Part shown: positions 13,033-25,070 of the stretch, piece by piece | Position numbering within the stretch: the stretch's first letter is position 1 | How the letters are laid out: every line of letters starts with the position of its first letter | Assembly (NCBI RefSeq): GCF_018977255.1 | Contig: NW_024704743.1 | Coordinates: forward strand, 112,346,001-112,406,000 | DNA: 60,000 nt | Source: Callorhinchus milii | Taxonomy: Eukaryota | Direction of reading: 5' to 3' | The notes under the pieces: generated by a model | The model's database searches: none | What the model saw: only the letters and a program-made list of their open reading frames with translations | Told to the model about the DNA's origin: nothing | Program-made: the position numbers and the translations under genes

Positions 13033-14610
13033 TCTCTTGGTCATCTTTCCCTCCGCAATCCAGCGATTTCCCCAGCTCGAGTTCTCAGTCAGCCGTCTGA
13101 AGCACCCAGAGATGATCTCAGGATATGAAAGGCGCTGTGTAAATGTAAATTCTTGTTGTTGTTGAAACTCACTATTTCTGATGCTCGATAATAGGGTGAA
13201 ATACAAAACTTGCCAGTAACAATCATAGCTTTTACTAACATAGACTGGAGGAAGACCTGGTTTAGGCTGACACTGTTCCTGATTCCCAGCAGACACACAT
13301 AATTATACAAACTTTTCTTTCAATGAAATACTTGGTAAGTTTCCAACTAAACTCATCCTTTGTGTTGTATACTTTGCAGCATGATCCTGATACAACCAAC
13401 ACATTTTATTATACTATCAATGAACAAACCTCACTTGGCGAACTTCAATAAAATCCTCATTAAAATCAGTGTATTTAGTTATGTTTCTTAATGACTAAGA
13501 CCTTCGTACCAGGTGTTACCTGGTGCCATGCAGCATTTCTGCCAATAGTTCTTTGCAGTTTGAAATTCCAGCGTCATTGCTAACATTGTGAACACATTGT
13601 TTATAAGCATAAGCTCAGAAAGGTGGGGCAAGATGTTAAAGTTTATTGGCTTGCCTACCATTCACCTTCAAAGGCTGTTTTCAGGGAATTGCTGTGAGTT
13701 CTGTATTCCAAGTCCTGGCCAACACTCCCCTGAATAAGATTGGTCATTCACTTCATGTCTGTTTGTGGTGTGTATAAATTTGCTTCTGTGTTCACCTATA
13801 AAGTGCATCTTCACTACATTATACCCTGTGAAGATATTCTGACAAGCTTTTGAGATGTTCTCCTGATGCGAAAGGTGCTGTATGAAAATAAATAAAATAA
13901 TCCTTATAATAGTTTATTATTATTTCTTACTAATTTGCATTGGGGGAAAATATCCAAATGTATAAATTGTTCAATGGATTTCCTCAGTAAAGTTCAATTT
14001 CAACATCACAGAGAATGTAAAAGGATGTTTACTACTATCTAGTGCATTTGGTAACTCTTGTCTGATCAGTTGGGTGTTTAATCTTATAATTGCTTTGCTT
14101 TCAGGTAAGAGACTATAACCTTGAATAGTTGTACGTGCATGCTGATTCTAGGATAATAAGTTATCATTATTGCCCTGAGAGCAATAGGTTTTTCAGCAAA
14201 TACTGATAGCTTATCTGCTTTGTGCTGGGAAATCTCCATTCTCATGTTTTGCTCACATGAGCAATTTCGCACTTTGCCGCAATTTTGTGTCGCTTCTTTC
14301 TCTTTTGTGTCACTTCTTTCTCAAATGCACAGCATTCATCTTAGACCCTAAGAAGTTACAGCAAGTAGCATGAGCAAGAGCAATTCACTTTCAAAATGGT
14401 GCCATACAAGTCGTTAGCCAAATGAAATCTTGAAAGTGTAAAGTAAATCACATCTGTTTTTCACACCTTCAGTTCTCAAGAATCTAACCCATTTTTGGGA
14501 TTAAAAAAAACACAGGTGACATCCTGGCTCAGTTAGTAGCAAGACTCTTGTCTTTGAGTCAAAAGGTTTGGGGTTCAGGCTCTGTGAGCCCATATTCTAG
14601 ACTGACATTG

Positions 14611-15050
14611 CAACAACAACAACAACAAGATTCCATTTCTAGAGCGCCTTTCACGTCGGGAGGACGTCCCAAGGCGCCGTACAGTTGGGTCAGGACCCGA
14701 GCAGGGGGCAAATGGTCAGGGTGAGGGGAGGGAAGGGAGGGAGCGAGGAGGGGGTAGAGAGTCGAGAGGGGAGCTGAAGGCACGGTCAAAGGGAAGGGTC
14801 TTGAGACCGGCCTTGAAGGAGGAAAGGGAAGAGGCAAGGCGAAGGCACTGGGGGATGGAGTTTCAGAGCCTAGGGGCTGAGAGGCTGAAGGCCCGGCCAC
14901 CGATGGTAGGGCGGTTGGGGCGGGGGATGTGGTGCAGACCGGAGCCAGAGAAACGGAGGGTACGGGCAGGTAAGTAGGGGGATAGTAGGTCGGAGAGGTA
15001 GGAGGGAGCAAGGCCGTGATTGGCCTTGTAGGTGAGGATGAGGATCTTGA
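14611..15050 (-). mobile_element. young L2 LINE 3' fragment (tail type A)
   Basis: (AAC)n then AGAGCGCCTTTCACGTCGGGAGGACGTCCCAAGGCGC; CpG-rich; near-identical to 59203-59446. Confidence 0.9.
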
Positions 15051-15070
15051 ATGAAAGGTACTTTTGACCT

Positions 15071-15264
15071 CAACAATAACAACAAGAAGATTACATTTGT
15101 ATAGCGCCTTTCAAGTCAGGAGGATGTCCCAAGGCGCTGGACAGTGTACAGCATTTCAGACCCGAGCTGGGGTCAGGGGGGAGAAGGGAGGGGGCCAATG
15201 GCATGGTCAAAGAGGAGGGTTTGAGGCGGAACTTGAAGGAGGCTAAGGAGGGGGCGAGGCGGAG
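15071..15264 (-). mobile_element. L2 LINE 3' fragment (tail type A)
   Basis: TAGCGCCTTTCAAGTCAGGAGGATGTCCCAAGGCGCTGG tail and a purine-rich 3' ORF2/UTR. Confidence 0.85.
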
Positions 15265-17225
15265 TTCTGTTGAGATGCTGATCTAAAACGTCTGCTTGTT
15301 CAGGTGGATCTTAAAGCTCCCATAACACAATTGAAAAAGAAGTGGGTTTCCCTGGTGTCCTGGCCAACAATCCTCCAGATAAAATTGTCAATCACTTTGT
15401 GATTGTTTGTGCAACTTTGCTGTGCACAAATTGGCTACAAAATGCAGTTATTACACTTAATACACGTAATAAACACATAAAAATCCTGTGAAGCACTTTG
15501 AGACATTTTGATAACTTATTATGTCAAATGAAATGATTATTATTATAATAAAACTTGACGTATAAGTAGAAATTGCACAATACAATACACATTTATTAGC
15601 ACCTTTCACATCAAGGTGGACATTTCAAAGTGCTTAATACTGCTTGCTCAGAACCACCAAAAATAAGTCTCAAAGCACTTCACAAGATCTACTGTAACTT
15701 TCAGTAGCTGTGCATTTTGTAGACAAACACAGCAGCCAATTTGCACATAGCAATGTCCACAAACAGCCATTTAATAACCATTGTTTTCACTTGGAGAATT
15801 GAGAACAAGGAAAACGGGAGGAACTCCATTCTGTAAGTGAGATTTCCAGTCAGTGCTCACTCAGGCACTGAGCACCTGAAGGTAATAATAGAAAGGTACT
15901 ACAAGAGAAAATTATGAGGTTATAAAACATTGAAAGGGTGTGGATGATTCCATAAACCAGGAGAGAAAACTGAAACAGCTTCTATGCTTTTTGGTCGAGA
16001 GTATAGCATTTCATAAAGGAGTTCAATAATAACAAGTACTTATTCAGTGCTCTTCATGTAAGGTACTTTTGACCTCAAGTGACTTAAATAAATTCAGATT
16101 CCAATATGACTTTGGCAACGTCTCAGAAATTCAATGCAGGAGAGAAGTTATTTGATCTTTCTTACATCGATTTTATTTTGTAGATTTAAGCTAGAACTTT
16201 GCATTATCATTGTAGATATTTACCAATCTCCACTGATAACTTGTCATCACTGTGGTGTATCAGTATTGCAACTGAAATTCTTTTGATGTTTTTCTTAGTG
16301 TATGTTTGTGTGTGCACACGCATATGTGTAAATTTCTCGTTAAACATTGTTGCAATACAATAACAATTTACACTTTCGCATCTGAAAGACATCTCCAGAA
16401 AAGTAAAATCACATGGAGCCATTAGTATCGCTTTTCCATCATATTGCATGTGAACTCGCCAACTAAATCAAGCATTCCTGAATAATCTTTACAATGAATT
16501 GTAAACAGAGCAACAAATATGAATCAGGATCATTGAAGGCATATGATGTAATTTAGGCTTACGTTATACAATGCTCACAAAGCGATTGGAGCAACAGAAA
16601 CATCATTCAATAATTGCTGCAAGGTCTCAAATACAGTATTGTGTACATCGGGAACTGAAGAGGTAAAAATAACACAATCTGAAAAGCTACATTCTAAACG
16701 ATTATGTCTCGGGGAGGGGTGGATATTTTATAAATACACAGAAAAAAAAAAGGAGGTACAGAAAGATAATGATGGTAAACAAGGCGATAAACTCCAAACT
16801 CCTACCAGGCAATAAACTTAATAGCTTACCAGAACAATCCACCCACTCTGCACATACAGTACATCATACAGTACAGATCTCTAAGAGATGGGCCCAACAG
16901 ACAAAACTAAATGCAAAATCAGCAGCTCAGTCTGCCTTAAGTGCACGCTCGCCTACAAAATACAGCCACTACACTTGACAGAAAAATCCTGTCAAGTGTT
17001 TTGTGATGCCCTTCTGCCGTGAAAGGCACTACATCAAATGAAAGAATTGTAAGGATTATAAAGACAGTCTGCACAAAGTGGCTGGCAAAGGGTAAAACCT
17101 GAGGTTAGCCAGCCTTCACAAAGGAAGAATTATTTTGAATCTCTGTATGCATTTATCAGTAATGAAGTCTGGTTGCCTGTGGAGGACTTGGATGCTGTGA
17201 GCACCTCAGAATAACTCCAAACATT

Positions 17226-17477
17226 ATAATAATAATCCTTGCATTTGATATAGCGCTTTTCACGTCTTCTAGACATGTCAAAGCGCTTCACAGAATATGC
17301 TGAAAAGTGAAATGACCGTATATTTGTGGGCGAAACACAGCAGCCAATTGTGCACAGCAGCGTCCCCACAAACAGTCGTGGATTGAAAATGACCAATTTT
17401 TTTTTGGAGGGATTATTATTAGACGTGTGGAGTAAGCAAACTTGCCCAAGGTTGCCTGGAACTGAACCCTTCCTCCC
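17226..17477 (-). mobile_element. young tRNA-SINE, short form, head truncated
   Basis: Antisense tail, Deu-like and CORE-like parts; abuts a plus-strand L2 tail. Confidence 0.85.
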
Positions 17478-17575
17478 CCTCCCCCTGCCTCGGCCCCGGA
17501 AACCGTTACTGTGAAGCACTCTGAGACGCCGTCCGGCATGGAGGGCACTATAGAAATCCAAGTTGTTGTTGTTGA
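17468..17575 (+). mobile_element. L2 3' tail (type B)
   Basis: GTGAAGCACTCTGAGACGCCGTCCGGCATGGAGGGCACTATAGAAATCCAAG(TTG)n. Confidence 0.8.
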
Positions 17576-19339
17576 GTTCCCATACATTGACCGCATGGGA
17601 AAACTTTTTGCATCAGGAAATGGGAAATAAACAAATGCTTTTTTAATAGTCAAAGTCAGCACCTCCAGAGATGACAGCACCACTTTCTTGATGCTGCTGC
17701 CCAACACAAGCGCGGCATTTCATTCATTTATAAAAGATTGAAGAGAATTCCATCTACATAATTCCACTGCCATTAAGGGCAGATACGTAGATTAATCATG
17801 AGTGGGAAGGAAGGTCTGCATTGACTGTCTGCCTCAGGTGTCTTTTTAACTCATACTTTCAAAGTATAAACAAGCAGAACATGGCAGAGGACAGGAAAGC
17901 CTTGATAGTGTTACTGACACCTACATTTCCTCATCAAACAGATTATGTTATAGACTTTTGTTCATAATATTTCAATATAGAAATGTGATCTCCAGTGACA
18001 ATCAGGAATGAGGATAAAGTTCCAGCCAATAAGACTCTACACAAAATCTCTATTTCCAGACTCCCTCACACCACTTATTAAAGCATAATAGATAAAACTG
18101 GTCGTTCACTTCATGCCTGTTTGTGGGATGTTGTTATTCACAAACTGGCCACTACATTCACGTACAAAATACACAGATAAGGTACAATACAATTTATATA
18201 TTGCCTTTCATGTGGGGAGAACATCCTAAATGCCTGTGAGTGCTGGATAGGCTAATTCTTTCTATAAAAACATAATAAAGTGGTCACTCAATTTACGATT
18301 GTTTGTAGGACACAACGTTACGCAATTGGCTGCCGCATTTAGTCTACAAAATACACAATGAATTAACTTTAACTGCATTTGATATGGCGCCTTATCACAT
18401 CTTCGAGATGTCTCAAAGCACTTCACTGTAAAGTGAATTGACTGTATATTTTGTGGGCGAATATTTTGTGGGAAATGTGCCTTAATTTCAGTCACCACAC
18501 TTTACAGTAAATCCTGTGTAGCACTTTGAGACGTTCTGATGATGTGATCAGGCATCATATCAAATGCAAGCATTATTAATATTTTTATAAAATACTGGAA
18601 CAAGGAAGCACTGAGAGCTACCAGTAGGCACCTCCCACAATGCTATTTACAATCTATTAATCCGAGTTGCCATGTGTTGGACTCTCTGAATTCATCAGAG
18701 ATTTCAACCTAAAGATAATTCTTCGACTTTTGAGTACAAAGATCATACAAAGTTGCTAAGATTACAGAATTAGACATTGGATCAATCATCAGCTGTTATA
18801 TCAAATGATGTGAAAATTCTAAATAATCAGGATTATTCACCTTTTCCTCCCATTTATCGATGTGAAAGCAACACTGGGATATTTGTTCCAGCATAAAATA
18901 TATGTAGGCTCTATTGCAGGTGCACTGACAGAAGATCCTATGCACATATATTGTATATATTTATGTTGACTGTCAACGTACAACAATATGTACAGTCTGA
19001 ATCTACCAGTCACAGCGCTAACCTGAAACAGGTTTTTGATACCATGACTGCCATCATAAATCCAAATGACAATCTGCTTCCTTTAAAGAATTTATTGATG
19101 TGGTCTCACAGAATGCTGAGACACTAGCAAATCAACCACCAGAAATGTACAAGAGATGCTGCTCTCTTGGTCCCTCTGTTGTGGGACATTGCAAATGGTT
19201 GTTGTGTGTGTACAAAACAATTCATTATACTCTGCTTTACACTGAGAGACAGATCAATCCTGATCTGACCATCCAGGTCTGCGTGAAAGGCACTATACAA
19301 ATGTAATTTTTTGTTGTTGTTGTTGTTGCATGGAAGCCA

Positions 19340-19630
19340 TTAGTTTGGCATTTTAGGTCAGAAGGTTGGGCCTCATAATGGGACTTTGAAATCACAGTCC
19401 AGGCTAACACTCCAGTGCAGTACTGGCAGAGCGCTGCATTGTCAGAGGCTCCTTCTTGCATATCGGATGACAAACTGAGGTTCTTTCTCCCTGTTCAGTA
19501 CACAATAAAGATCCTATGACATTTTTCAAAAAAAAGAAAGCGAGTTTCTCCTGGTGTCTCAGTCAACAATCGTCCAGATAAAATTGGTCAATCAATTCAT
19601 AGCTAGTTTTGGGTCTTTCCTTGTGCAAAT
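19340..19630 (+). mobile_element. older Deu-domain SINE fragment
   Basis: GGCTAACACTCCAGTGCAGTACTG...AAAGATCCTATGAC. Confidence 0.7.
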
Positions 19631-19824
19631 AGTCGACCACATTTGCCTGCAATTAATTACTCCATGTTGAGATGTTTAGCCTGATATTGATTAAGCACTG
19701 TGAAATTTCAAGTTTTCTTTTCTTTTTATCAATTGAACCATTGAAGAAATAATGTTTCTGATCACTTCCAGGTAAATCAGTCATTCATTTCATGGCTGCT
19801 TGCGGGATATTGCTGTATGTAAAT

Positions 19825-20235
19825 TATAATAATTCTAATCCTTGCAACTTTCACATCAGGAGGATTAACAAAATACTTTACAGCATTTTACTATAAAGTG
19901 TACTGATTGAATATTTTTGTGCACAAAACAACAACCAATTTGCAATGTCCCATAAAAAGTCATGAAGTGAATGACCAATTTTATCTGGGGCACTGTCAGG
20001 CAGGTCACCAGGAGAAACTCACTCCTCTTTTTGAATAGTACCATGGGATCTTTAACGTCCACCTGAACAGACAGGCAGATCTCATCCAAGGGGTAGCACC
20101 TCCAATGGTAGAGCGTTTACCAGCACTGACCTGGAGTGTTAGTGTAGGTCCATGAGCTCAAAGTCCCAATAGGATTTGAACCAATAAGCTTTGACTCAGA
20201 GACAAGACTGCCACCAAAGATCCAGGCTGACATGC
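19825..20235 (-). mobile_element. older Deu-domain SINE
   Basis: CCATGGGATCTTTAACGTCCACCTGAACAG antisense Deu-like motif; CCAGGCTGACA end. Confidence 0.8.
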
Positions 20236-22104
20236 TTTGAGTACGACCAAGCTAACACGTAGAATGCTAAGATTAGGTGGAAATTCCATCTGTGTCAGCC
20301 AGGCTGACGCAACTTAAAACAAATGCTTATACAATGGTTGGATACTTAGAACTAAGTTCAAATTAAGGTCAGTTAAATAAATCCAAGCCTTTTCAGATCA
20401 CATTGTGGAGATAGCGTTCAATGGATTCATTTTCTTGAAGTCAAGCTATTTTCGTTATATCACCAAAAAACATTTTAGGGAATTAATAAACTAGGAGTTC
20501 AGAACAGATACAATTTTCGAATGCAGGTTTGTCAAAAATGAGAATACCTAACCAATTGACTTTAAGATTAAAATTCTTTGCCATTTACAAAGCAGGATAT
20601 GCCTCACCCATGATTTGGTGTGTACACTCTCTTTCGTGTGAAACACTGAAACTTCCTGTTGAAACTGTTACTAAATATTAACCATCAAAGCTTTCAAATA
20701 CAGTAATGCCTCATCAGGCCCTTATTTTTAAGCCACTCCCCTTAGGCAGGAATATGTTAAAAATGTGAATATCAGGCACTTCTGTTGCTTGGATTCAGAG
20801 GAGTAGTAATACTGATAAAATAAAAACAAAGATCTCTAGAGGATTGAGGGTTAGTACCTCTCTAATTGCTAGACCTCTCAACAAAGTTTAAGAAAGGAAA
20901 AATGAAACCAGAAAAGATCACTCTCCCTATCAAACAAACAAAAATCATGGTGGTGAAAATAAACTAATTCAAGTCTGCAAATCAACTTTACAGTATATTC
21001 TGTGAAGTGCTTTGAGATGTCTCGAAGATATGATAAAGCACAATATCAAATGCAAAGATTATTATTATAATAACTTTTGATGACAATAGTCCACTAATTT
21101 GAAACTGTTTCAATCGCTCTGTATTCTGACAGGCCCAGACCAAAGCCTCTGCAGTTTTAAACTCTAATGGAGTTTGAAGAACTGAATACAATGAGAAGTG
21201 AGAGCCCTTCAATTCATGTTGAAATTGGGTTGGGCCAAGCAGCTGACTACCTCTTAAACCGACAAACAAATAGTTATTACCAAACCCAAACTGCTACCAT
21301 AGGTATTCTCAAATCATGTTTGTTCAGCGTGACTACTTTTATTGTTTTATTAATTTTATTGCTGTAGCATGTAATCCTCAACCCTATACTGAATTGCACG
21401 GCACCTACCCAGACCTTTCTTAGTTATTATGCTCCGGTTTAAGTTGATGTATTGTATTTACTGCTTGCAAATAGTTTATCAGCCTGTCCTTGTATTGTGT
21501 TACTGCAGACGCAAATTTTGCAGATGATTTTCGGGCTGTTGTTTTGTTTCAAAATGATAGAATCTGCCAAGTTTCCGACAAAGTGCGACTTTTCTTGGTT
21601 TGTAATGCAAGCCGGTCATGTGATTTTTTTCAGCTAGTGAGTGACGATTGTGGATGAAACAATTTGTAAGTATCAGGTCAGTTATCTGTCAGCATAGAAA
21701 ACATTGTGTATCAACACAGAAATAAATTCCTGAAAAAAAAAAGAGGAATTAAAACCTGCCCTGAAATCCTCAAGGCGCTTTATCATCTTATGGGTTCAGG
21801 TGACCGTTTATTTAACCTATTTATGATGCCATCTGAAAACCACGATCAGATTACTTCCTTGTAATAATTTCTATGCGTCTATTATATTCTCTGCACCACC
21901 CACACATCATGATAGATGAAGATTGCATTAAACTGAGTAGTTGTAGAAAAAAGGCACATGGACCAGGTTATAATAATAATCCTTGCATTTGATATAGCGC
22001 TTTTCATGTCTTCTGGACATCTCAAAACACTTCACAGAATATACTGTAAAGTGAATTGACTGTATATTTGTGGGCGAAATGCATTGAGGTTAAATGCATT
22101 CCCA

Positions 22105-22335
22105 GAATCACAAGATTGATTGGGATGATAAAGGTCCTTCAGCCCATCTGATCTCATCACTCCAGAATATCTGCCCTCTTCCCATCACTGCATCAAGCTC
22201 CTTTTTTTTTTAAATGAGTCCAGTGACCTGGCTTCAACCACCCTTCCTGGTAACCTGTTCCAGTCATTAATTATCCTCTGAGTAAAGAAACACATTCCTG
22301 TACCTGTCCTGAAATACCCCTTTGCAACTCTGACT
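22105..22335 (-). mobile_element. CR1 3' fragment
   Basis: CCTTCAGCCCATC...CCACCCTTCCTGGTAACCTGTTCCAG...CCTCTGAGTAAAGAAAC, antisense to the CR1 'FFTQR..WN.LP' region. Confidence 0.65.
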
Positions 22336-23117
22336 TGAAATGGCACAGATCAGGGAAATTACATGAAGTTCCCTGGTCTGTGCTGAGTTTTCTATACCTG
22401 AGCCAGAGCAGAACTCGGGGGGGGGGTTCAAATGGGCTTCAATGACCTTGGACTAAGAGGAAAGGAATGAAAATAAATCAGCCAAAATTCCCATTCGTGA
22501 CTGCCATTCAGTGAACATTGCTAGTGGACATGAGAACCAAATAGAGACACCTGTGATGCCTTTAAGCTAACACTTGAGAATTAAGCATTCAGCAACATCA
22601 GGTTTTCAGGTGGCATCATAAACAGGTTAAATAAACGGATTAAAGGTGTGTGTGCCCCTGGAACCACACATTTCTTCGACCAGTACGTTCAGAAAGTCGA
22701 CTTGCAGGAAATCAGCACCAGGCATGTTTAACAGCCATGGGAACTGGCAGACTGGATTCACTTCTCTTGCAAAGGACGGCACCTCCAACAGTGCAGTGCT
22801 CCTAAAGAATCAGCCCAGATGGTAAATTCAAAGTCGCGACATGGGGTTGAACCCACACAGACCTGACAACACATGTCATGTAAATACCAGCTTCAGATTG
22901 GTTGGGTCACTTTTTCTCTTGCACCTAACTTTCATCAGAGGTACTGTGCTATTTATTATGTTCCATTCTGGTTTATTGCTTACTTTGTTCTTTTCTATCA
23001 TAAACATGTTCTACTGCTTCTACTAGAATAATAATAATCCTTGTATTTTAGAAAAAACCTTATCATGTATTCGAGGCGACTCAAAGCGCTTCACAGAATA
23101 TACTGTAAAGTGAATTC

Positions 23118-23483
23118 AGAGTCCTGTAGCTTAGTGGTCAGAGCACACACCTTGCAAGCGAGAGGACCTGGGTTCAATTCCCAGCAGGGCAAAAGTTGGG
23201 CAAATTTCCTTACTCCATGTACCTCTGTTCACCTAGCACTAAGTAGGAACCTGGTTGTTAGTTGATTGGCAGATTGCTTTTCCAGGAGTAATAACTCCTT
23301 CAAAAAAATATTTTTGTCACTTAATCCACGACTGTTTTTGTGGACACTGCTGTATGCAATTGGCTGCTACATTTTGCCCATAAAATGTACAGTCAATTCA
23401 CTTTACAGTATATTCTGTGAAGCACTTTCGGATGTCTTGAAGACGTGATAAGGCGCTATATCAAATGCAAAGATTATTATTTT
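23118..23483 (+). mobile_element. young tRNA-SINE, long form, adjoining an antisense SINE tail (23027-23117)
   Basis: Full head to tail copy, directly adjoining an opposite-orientation tail fragment. Confidence 0.9.
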
Positions 23484-23849
23484 TATTCTTATGTATCGCC
23501 AGAACACAAGAAATTTTGAACCAGGTATAATCAAGACTACTACTATTGTTGATTCAATTTGTGTTTCAAAATAATCCCAACAAATTAACACGGATTCTAA
23601 CAGGATTTAATTTTAACATTAGGAAATACCACAAATCGGACCCCTCAGTCTGATTTAATAAATGGCAGCAATGAAGGACAAGTACATTACACACCTCCAT
23701 TCTTGTGGCAGTCTCGGTAGTTTGGTTCTTGAGCCAGGCTGATCCACAGCAGTCAAAAGTGTTGTAGACGACAGACCTAACCCCAGTAGTAGCTAATGTA
23801 CACTCCAGGATCTCCAAACATTGGCTCTTGCAAACCTGTACCTGTACCT

Positions 23850-24400
23850 ATACCACCCAACTCGATCTCTCTGCCTCCATTCTCGCCTCCAGGGCCACTC
23901 CTGTCCTGACAGAATGTCTGTCAGACATGAAGTCCTGGATGAGAGCTAACTTTCTACAGTTGAACATCAACAAGACCGAGGCTCTCCTAATTGGTTCCCA
24001 TCAGCGCTTCCTCACTTCAGGCGCTGACAGCATCACCATCCAAGGATGCACAACCACCTTACTAAGCCAGTCCGGAACCTTGGCATCTTGTTTGATCCTC
24101 AGCTGTCCTTTCTACCCTACATTCCATGCCCTGACCCGCTCTGTCTTCCCCCACCTCCACAACATCACCCGGCTCCTCTACTGTCTCACACCGCAGTCCC
24201 CCGAAACCCTCAGACACATGTTTATCACATCTAGATTCGACTACGCCAACTCCCTGCTTGTCGGCTTACCCACTCCTCCCTCCACCAGCTGCAGATCATC
24301 CAGAACTCTGCAGCTCGTGTCTTCGTGCAGCTCAGCTTCTTGGGACATCCTCCCGACGTGAAAGGTGCTACACAAATGTAATTTTGTACTTTGTATTGTT
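23850..24400 (+). mobile_element. L2 LINE ORF2 C-terminal fragment
   Basis: [41 protein letters not shown] and SRFDYANSLLVGLP motifs with frameshifts; type A tail. Confidence 0.9.
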
Positions 24401-24804
24401 TAGTTCCAATATTCTCTGGGATTTGGTATACAGCATGTATTTCATTGGGGAAACAGTGCGCACTCCATACCAGACAAAGCAAACAATACATAGAACTCTC
24501 AGTAGTATGGTTTGGAGGCTCCTCAGCATGGTGAAGGGTTTCTGCTTATGTCAGTACTGAAAAAAATCTTTCCCAATTTGCCACATTATAAAATGTAATA
24601 CAGTAATTCACGTTCATTTGATAATCAGTACTCTGTTCATTAACAGCAATTCCAGTCTGGAAAGGTGACTCAGATTATTATACCGAATACATACAATATT
24701 TAGCAAATTCAGTGCAAAACCATTCAGATTTCTTCATATCTCATCTTCTCATTCAGCACATATCAGCCGCTAGATTTTAGCATGCTCTATTAAATATACA
24801 ATAT

Positions 24805-25070
24805 AAAATTACATTTGTATAGCGCTTTTCACATCGGGAGGATGTCCCAAGGCACTGGACAGTCAGGGAATTTGGACCCAAGCTGAAGGTCGGGATCAGG
24901 GAGGTTGGAGGGCAGGGAGGGTAGCTGAAGGTTCAGTCGAAGAGGAGAGTTTTGACACACACTTTGAAAGAGGCAAGGGAAGGAGTGAGGCGAAGGGAAT
25001 ATGGGATAGAGTTCCATAGGTTTGGGGGCAGAAAGACTGAAGGCCTGACTGCCAATGGTGGGTTCGGAAC
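24805..25070 (-). mobile_element. L2 3' fragment (type A)
   Basis: AGCGCTTTTCACATCGGGAGGATGTCCCAAGG tail; antisense 'LWNSIP..LRL.PSLASFK' motif. Confidence 0.85.

Larger units (their letters stand above)
14522..15550 (+). mobile_element. older Deu-domain SINE split by two antisense L2 insertions
   Basis: Head at 14522-14610; body resumes at ~15265 (TTCAGGTGGATCTTAAAGCTCCCAT...GCTGTGCACAAATTGGCT). Confidence 0.75.

Noticed and set aside
12161..13165. Recurring ORFs 'GKFPYSTRLIIIPPK...KCKDYYYY' (also 41558, 58028, 17130)
   Set aside because: Chance open frames through near-identical SINE copies, mostly with non-ATG starts; not a gene family.
14283..14322. Short tandem duplications (20-bp here; others near 3381, 18446, 30345)
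   Set aside because: Ordinary slippage products with no further structure.
14559..15011. Proline-rich 150-aa ORF
   Set aside because: Alternate frame of the L2 3' region and (GTT)n tail.
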